Of a stretch of 10,134 nt of DNA, positions 6,116 to 10,134 are shown piece after piece. The notes under the pieces were generated by a model. It was not told the DNA's origin, did not search any database, and saw only the letters and a list, made by a program, of their open reading frames with translations. Every line of letters begins with the position of its first letter. Positions within the stretch are counted from its first letter, which is position 1. Both the position numbers and the translations under genes were made by a program. Source of the stretch: Polyangiales bacterium (GTDB lineage: Bacteria > Myxococcota_A > Polyangia > Polyangiales > Houyiibacteriaceae); NCBI GenBank assembly GCA_045106895.1, contig JBGCFM010000026.1:1-10134 (forward strand). The letters are read 5' to 3'.

Positions 6116-8671
6116 ATGACGCGATCGAACGGGCTTCGGGGAGCTTTCCACTTTGCTATTCTGCTTTGCTTTGCGTGCAGCAGCAGCCCATCCGTGGATG
6201 CCGGCGAAGCGGACGCAGGGGGCGACTCCGCGATGGGGGACGTTGCGTTGCCCGACTCCGCCATCGACGCAGGAATCGACTCGAGTGTCGACGGCGGACC
6301 GCTGGCCCACTGCGATTTTGCGTCGCTGGCTCCGACGGCGCTCGCAGGTGAACCCACAGAGGCGGGTCCCCTTCAAGCGGGCGCCGCGGAAGCACCTCTC
6401 GAAGTTCCCGTAGGCACGGCGCTTGGCGCGTTCACCTCGCGCCTCCGCGTTCTCAGTGGGTCGGACACCCTCGACGATCGCCCAAGCGGAATCGCCGCTC
6501 CATTCCTGCCTTCGTACGGCATCGAGACCTACCCGATGGTCAAAGCCGTGGCCCTCTCGGCGGGCGGCGAACAGCTCGTGATCCTCAAGGCGGACTTAGG
6601 CATGGCGGATGCCACCATCATGATGGACGTCGAGGCGGCGCTCACTCGAAGCCGAGGCCGAAGCTTCCATGGCAAAGTGCTGCTGGCCACGAGTCATTCC
6701 CACGGCGTGTGGGCTCAGTTCTCGTCGAATTCCATCCTTTGGTTAGGTTTCTCCGTGCTCCGCGAACGCGTGCGCGCCGCCATCGTCAGCGGCCTTGTAG
6801 GCGTCGCCGAAGCATCCCTCGATGCACTTGAGCCAGCCCGTATCGGCATCTCGCGCAACGATGATTTCGATCTCGAAGATGCCGTGTCGAGGGACCGGCG
6901 TCCGGAGAACGATGAGATCGCAGGCGGCCCAGAGAAAGACCACTACCTGACGGTAGTCCGGGTGGATGACACAGACGGCAACGCCATCGCGGTCATCCCG
7001 GTCTTTGGCGTGCACCCCACCGTCGTGGGCTCACGGAGTCTGTTCGCTTCAACGGACGCCGCCGGCGCCATCGAACGCTCCGTCGAAGAGTCGTTCGATC
7101 ATCGTGTCGTAGTCATGCACCTTCAGGGCGCGGCGGGTGATGTCGCGCCGGCGGGTGACCCCGGCATCACTTGTGAAGACGGCGCCGACTGTTTCGACTT
7201 TGCCCGGGTGGAGCGACTGGGCCGACTCGCGCGGCCCTGGATCCTCGACGAGTGGGCGGCGGCGGGCGAAGTCATGGAGTCCGAAGTCGAGATGGAGATG
7301 CTGACAACCAGCGTGGCGCTGGGTCCGGAAGTCGAGAATTTCAACGTAGGGCCTTACGCGTACGGCGCATGGGATGGGATCACCCCCGGCGACGGGCGGG
7401 TCTTTGATGAAGCCGGAATGGTGCTGTCTCCTCTCGATGAGTTCAACGCACCCGCCGGTGCCGCGCTATGTGGCGATGGGGAAATCGACATCGCCGTGGG
7501 TCCGATTCCGGGCACCGACTTCGAAGGCAGTCCGTACGTCAGTTGCGCCAAAGCAGATGTCGCCGCTCCGCTGATTTCGGCGGCGCTTCGAGTGCCCCTT
7601 GGACCGATGCCTGCCTGCGGAAGCACGCGCACTTTGGTGTCCGCTCTTCGCATCGGCGGACACTATTTCGCCACCTTGCCCGGGGAACCGGTGACCCTCG
7701 TCGCGAACCGTATCCGCGCAGAGTCCCCGTCACCCGAGCAGACGACGGTGATCGGGTTTGCTCAAGATCACATGGGCTACATTCTCCTCGCCGACGATTG
7801 GCTTCAAAGCGGCTATGAGCCCGCGATCAACGTGTGGGGACCACTCGAAGGCGAGGTGATCGTGGCAGAGGCCATCGCGCTCCTTTCCCTGGCGCAGACA
7901 GCGGAGCGCGAAGACGCCACCGCCGGAAGAGCCTCCTTTCCGCAAGCGATGGAGCCGGTGCCCTTTGAGTATGAGCCGGCATCAAACCCCTCCGCCGGCG
8001 AGATTCCTGCGCTCCTGCCGGAGCAGCTCTACTGGTATCCACAAGTCCCTGAGACGCCGAGCACAACGTCGGTTCGGCGCCTCGACAACGCGCACCTCGT
8101 TTGGATCGGAGAGCATCCGCTGGAAGGAACGCCGGAAGTACGCATCGAGGTTGAGGTCGATGGCACCTTTGAGGAGCTTCGGCGAAGGAGTGGACGACGC
8201 GTCTACGACCAGGACCTACTCTTGACGCATACCCCGGACCCTCTCGACGCAGACGCACCGACCACTCACTACTGGGGCGTTCAGTGGCAGGTGCTTTCGA
8301 GCAGCGATGCGCTTGAGGACCGGGCTGGGCTGCCCCTGGGTCGCTACCGTTTTCATGTTTCGGGTCCGGGATACGAGGTCGTCAGCGAGCCCTTCGAAGT
8401 GGAGGCGGCGGCGCTGCAGCTCACCCGCGATGCGGACGCCGTCGTCGTCTCCTACCTCGCGCCGAATGGGTGGCGACTCCTGCACCCGGAGCTTCCTGCG
8501 AACGGGCCCATTCCCGTCTCTGGCAGCGTTGAGTTGACGATCGAGTATAGCGGCGCACCGAACGAATCTCGAACCGTCGAGCTGGATGGTGGTCGTTTTG
8601 TGTTCCCGGCGGGAGCGAGCCGCATTACTGCCGTGGACCGCTTTGGAAACGAAGGGTCTTTGGCGCTGTAG
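6116..8671 (+). CDS. Neutral/alkaline non-lysosomal ceramidase-family lipoprotein with C-terminal extension
   Basis: Lipoprotein signal MTRSNGLRGAFHFAILLCFAC followed by a DAG-rich tether. Family motifs ATSHSHG (cf. ATHTHSG), VVRVD, GVHPT, QGAAGDVAP, LPGEP, GFAQDHMGYI, GYE. ATG 6116 is preferred over GTG 6110. Confidence 0.88.
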   Translation: MTRSNGLRGAFHFAILLCFACSSSPSVDAGEADAGGDSAMGDVALPDSAIDAGIDSSVDGGPLAHCDFASLAPTALAGEPTEAGPLQAGAAEAPLEVPVGTALGAFTSRLRVLSGSDTLDDRPSGIAAPFLPSYGIETYPMVKAVALSAGGEQLVILKADLGMADATIMMDVEAALTRSRGRSFHGKVLLATSHSHGVWAQFSSNSILWLGFSVLRERVRAAIVSGLVGVAEASLDALEPARIGISRNDDFDLEDAVSRDRRPENDEIAGGPEKDHYLTVVRVDDTDGNAIAVIPVFGVHPTVVGSRSLFASTDAAGAIERSVEESFDHRVVVMHLQGAAGDVAPAGDPGITCEDGADCFDFARVERLGRLARPWILDEWAAAGEVMESEVEMEMLTTSVALGPEVENFNVGPYAYGAWDGITPGDGRVFDEAGMVLSPLDEFNAPAGAALCGDGEIDIAVGPIPGTDFEGSPYVSCAKADVAAPLISAALRVPLGPMPACGSTRTLVSALRIGGHYFATLPGEPVTLVANRIRAESPSPEQTTVIGFAQDHMGYILLADDWLQSGYEPAINVWGPLEGEVIVAEAIALLSLAQTAEREDATAGRASFPQAMEPVPFEYEPASNPSAGEIPALLPEQLYWYPQVPETPSTTSVRRLDNAHLVWIGEHPLEGTPEVRIEVEVDGTFEELRRRSGRRVYDQDLLLTHTPDPLDADAPTTHYWGVQWQVLSSSDALEDRAGLPLGRYRFHVSGPGYEVVSEPFEVEAAALQLTRDADAVVVSYLAPNGWRLLHPELPANGPIPVSGSVELTIEYSGAPNESRTVELDGGRFVFPAGASRITAVDRFGNEGSLAL

Positions 8672-8675
8672 TTCG

Positions 8676-8716
8676 GGTTCTGTAGCGGGCGCGCGGCGCC
8701 ACGGGTTTCGGCCTGC
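8676..8716 (+). repeat. Degenerate partial copy of the repeat's left arm
   Basis: GGTTCTGTAGCGGGCGCGCGGCGCCACGGGTTTCGGCCTGC aligns with GGTTCG(C/T)GGCGGG(T/C)GCACGTGAGGCCAAGGGTTTTCGGCCTGC. Confidence 0.6.
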
Positions 8717-8761
8717 ACAACGCTTCGCTGGTCATCCAAAAATCCGGTTCTCTACCCAAGC

Positions 8762-9030
8762 GGTTCGCGGCGGGTGCACGTGAGGCCAAGGGTTTTCGGC
8801 CTGCTTGTATCGCCGCCCCATGCGGCGATGCAAGGTCTCTCACGTTGTGAGAGACAGCCTCGATCCCTTGGCCTCACGTGCACCCGCCACGAACCTTCGT
8901 ATCATTCAAATCGCACGGGTGGTGTCGGGGTGGTGGGACCGACTTTGCGGGGACGCGCTCCATGACAAGAGCTTTGGGCTCTTGCCTTGTCGCGCGGGCC
9001 AGGCTTACGGAAGAACGTGGGTCGCAGGCT
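8762..9030 (+). repeat. Structured palindromic repeat, copy 1 (module A 8762-8895; module B about 8930-9000; tail to about 9030)
   Basis: 31-bp inverted repeat 8762-8792 / 8865-8895 (30/31 paired) enclosing hairpins 8804-8834 and 8835-8855. Hairpin CAAGAGC/GCTCTTG at 8966-8984. Reverse-complement homologue of 9623-9894. Confidence 0.93.
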
Positions 9031-9119
9031 GTCCGTGTAGCGGCCTGGTGCCCAGCTCGGCGTGGTATGTTCGGACCTAGGTATTGCTCGACGTGGAACT
9101 CGGCTCGTTGTCGGCGGAC

Positions 9120-9368
9120 TCAATAACAGTCGCGCTCGACAGAGAGGACTGGAGACCCTTCGTCATCCAATTCGACGAAGATTCGAGCGTCACCAACTCG
9201 CATCCACCAGACACGCTCGCTCATCTGCTCGATGTGTAGCCAGTCATCGACGACGAGCTCGTCGAAGATCCCGCGGTTGGCAACCGCAAAGGTGGTGTCC
9301 CCCTCCTCGGAACCCAAGCGCCACTTTGAACCCGGCAATGGCGGCTTTTTCTCAGGAGGTGCAGTCAT
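9120..9368 (-). CDS. Small hypothetical protein (82 aa, acidic, Trp-rich)
   Basis: ATG at 9368 with AAGGA 8 nt upstream; globular-looking sequence FDELVVDDWLHIEQMSERVWWMRVG; lies entirely in unique sequence between the repeats. Confidence 0.8.
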   Translation of the reverse strand: MTAPPEKKPPLPGSKWRLGSEEGDTTFAVANRGIFDELVVDDWLHIEQMSERVWWMRVGDARIFVELDDEGSPVLSVERDCY

Positions 9369-9455
9369 TCGTGATGTCCTTTCGTCATTCAGTAGTCACG
9401 GAAACATAAAGTGGCGCGAGCTTTGGTGCACGACGCCTCTGCCGCTGGCTCCAGG

Positions 9456-9617
9456 TCAGTATGCGTCGTTGACCCGTGCCTGGTGACCAAAGTAGTCGCC
9501 GTAGGCGTGGGTCGCATTGAACACTGCGAGGTTCATTCCTTCCGGATAGACGCGTCGGTACCTCCTTCGATATGCCGCGCTCAGCTTCGTCCACTCCTTT
9601 TCGTCTCCCAGCAACCA
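9456..9617 (-). pseudogene. Probable 3' remnant of a gene truncated at repeat copy 2
   Basis: 53 protein-like codons (WLLGDEKEWTKLSAAYRRRYRRVYPEG...VNDAY*), 38/53 ending in G/C by manual count, starting right at the repeat boundary with no convincing RBS/start. Confidence 0.45.
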
Positions 9618-9622
9618 CGAAC

Positions 9623-9894
9623 AAAAACCTGAGACCCGACGCGCTCCCGTACGCAAGACCCGCGCGACAAGGCAAAGGCCCAAAGTCTTTGCCATGGAGC
9701 GCGTCCCCGCAAAGTCCGTCCCACCAACCCGATAGGTGTCGTGTTTTTGAACCGTACGAAGGTTCGGGGCGGGCGCACGTGAGGACAAGGGATCGAGGCC
9801 GTCTCTCACAACGTGAGAGACCTTGTGTCGCCGCATGGGGCGGCGATGCAAGCAGGCCGAAAACCCTTGGCCTCACGTGCGCACGCCACGAACC
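9623..9894 (-). repeat. Structured palindromic repeat, copy 2 (inverted relative to copy 1; module A 9761-9894)
   Basis: Module A is the same length (134 bp) with 10 substitutions versus copy 1; outer stem 28/31 paired; both inner hairpins retained. Confidence 0.93.
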
Positions 9895-9929
9895 GAACGC
9901 CCACTTGGATCTGCAACGGAGCCCGGACG

Positions 9930-10134
9930 AAAACCTGAGCCCGCAAAGCGCTGTTCTCGCGTAAGCCAGACCCGCGCGACAAGGCAAAGGCCCAAAGTCT
10001 TTGCCATGGAGCGCGTCCCCGCAAAGTCGGTCCCACCAACCCGATAGGTGTCGTGTTTTTGAACCGTACGAAGGTTCGGGGCGGGCGCACGTGAGGACAA
10101 GGGATCGAGGCCGTCTCTCACAACGTGAGAGACC
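9930..10134 (-). repeat. Structured palindromic repeat, copy 3 (tandem to copy 2, 312-bp period, truncated by window end)
   Basis: 9968-10134 matches 9656-9822 at 166/167 positions; the only difference is C9717 versus G10029. Confidence 0.95.

Noticed and set aside
8762..8895. tRNA or other known structural RNA
   Set aside because: The stems are far longer than tRNA arms, with no T-loop/D-loop consensus in proper context and no CCA end. I recognise no SRP, tmRNA, RNase P or 6S motifs.
8762..9894. Integron attC sites flanking a gene cassette
   Set aside because: Module ends read GGTTC...GAACC, not RYYYAAC...GTTRRRY. The flanking copies are inverted rather than direct, and no integrase is visible.
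8774..10121. ORFs inside the repeats (e.g. 9385..9987, 9572..9964, 9806..10090, 8805..9080)
   Set aside because: Arg/Cys/Pro-rich non-globular translations, no RBS, and frames not preserved consistently between copies; they are by-products of GC-rich palindromes.
8762..10134. CRISPR array
   Set aside because: Units are about 270 bp, occur in both orientations, lack regular short repeat-spacer alternation, and no cas genes are in the window.

Overview
GC-rich bacterial DNA whose gene repertoire (FHA-TadA/CpaF fusion, ceramidase-like lipoprotein, stand-alone EAL protein) suggests Myxococcota; this assignment is an inference. Positions 1-8671 hold chromosomal-type genes. On the minus strand are a lipoprotein-like start interrupted at a G9 tract, a small CCGxGCxPC protein and a membrane protein. 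An EAL phosphodiesterase converges on an FHA / Pro-rich / catalytically degenerate TadA-CpaF-like protein across a shared terminator. A MutS-domain-V ATPase and a neutral-ceramidase-family lipoprotein follow on the plus strand. Positions 8672-10134 are dominated by an unrecognised ~270-bp non-coding repeat: two full copies, one copy cut by the window end, and one relic. Each full copy contains a 134-bp T-shaped palindromic module (31-bp stem capped by two abutting hairpins) and a second hairpin module, with three compensatory base-pair swaps between copies. Two copies are inverted around a ~590-bp segment carrying an 82-aa orphan gene and a probable truncated gene; two are tandem with a 312-bp period. 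This repeat system is the most interesting feature of the window.
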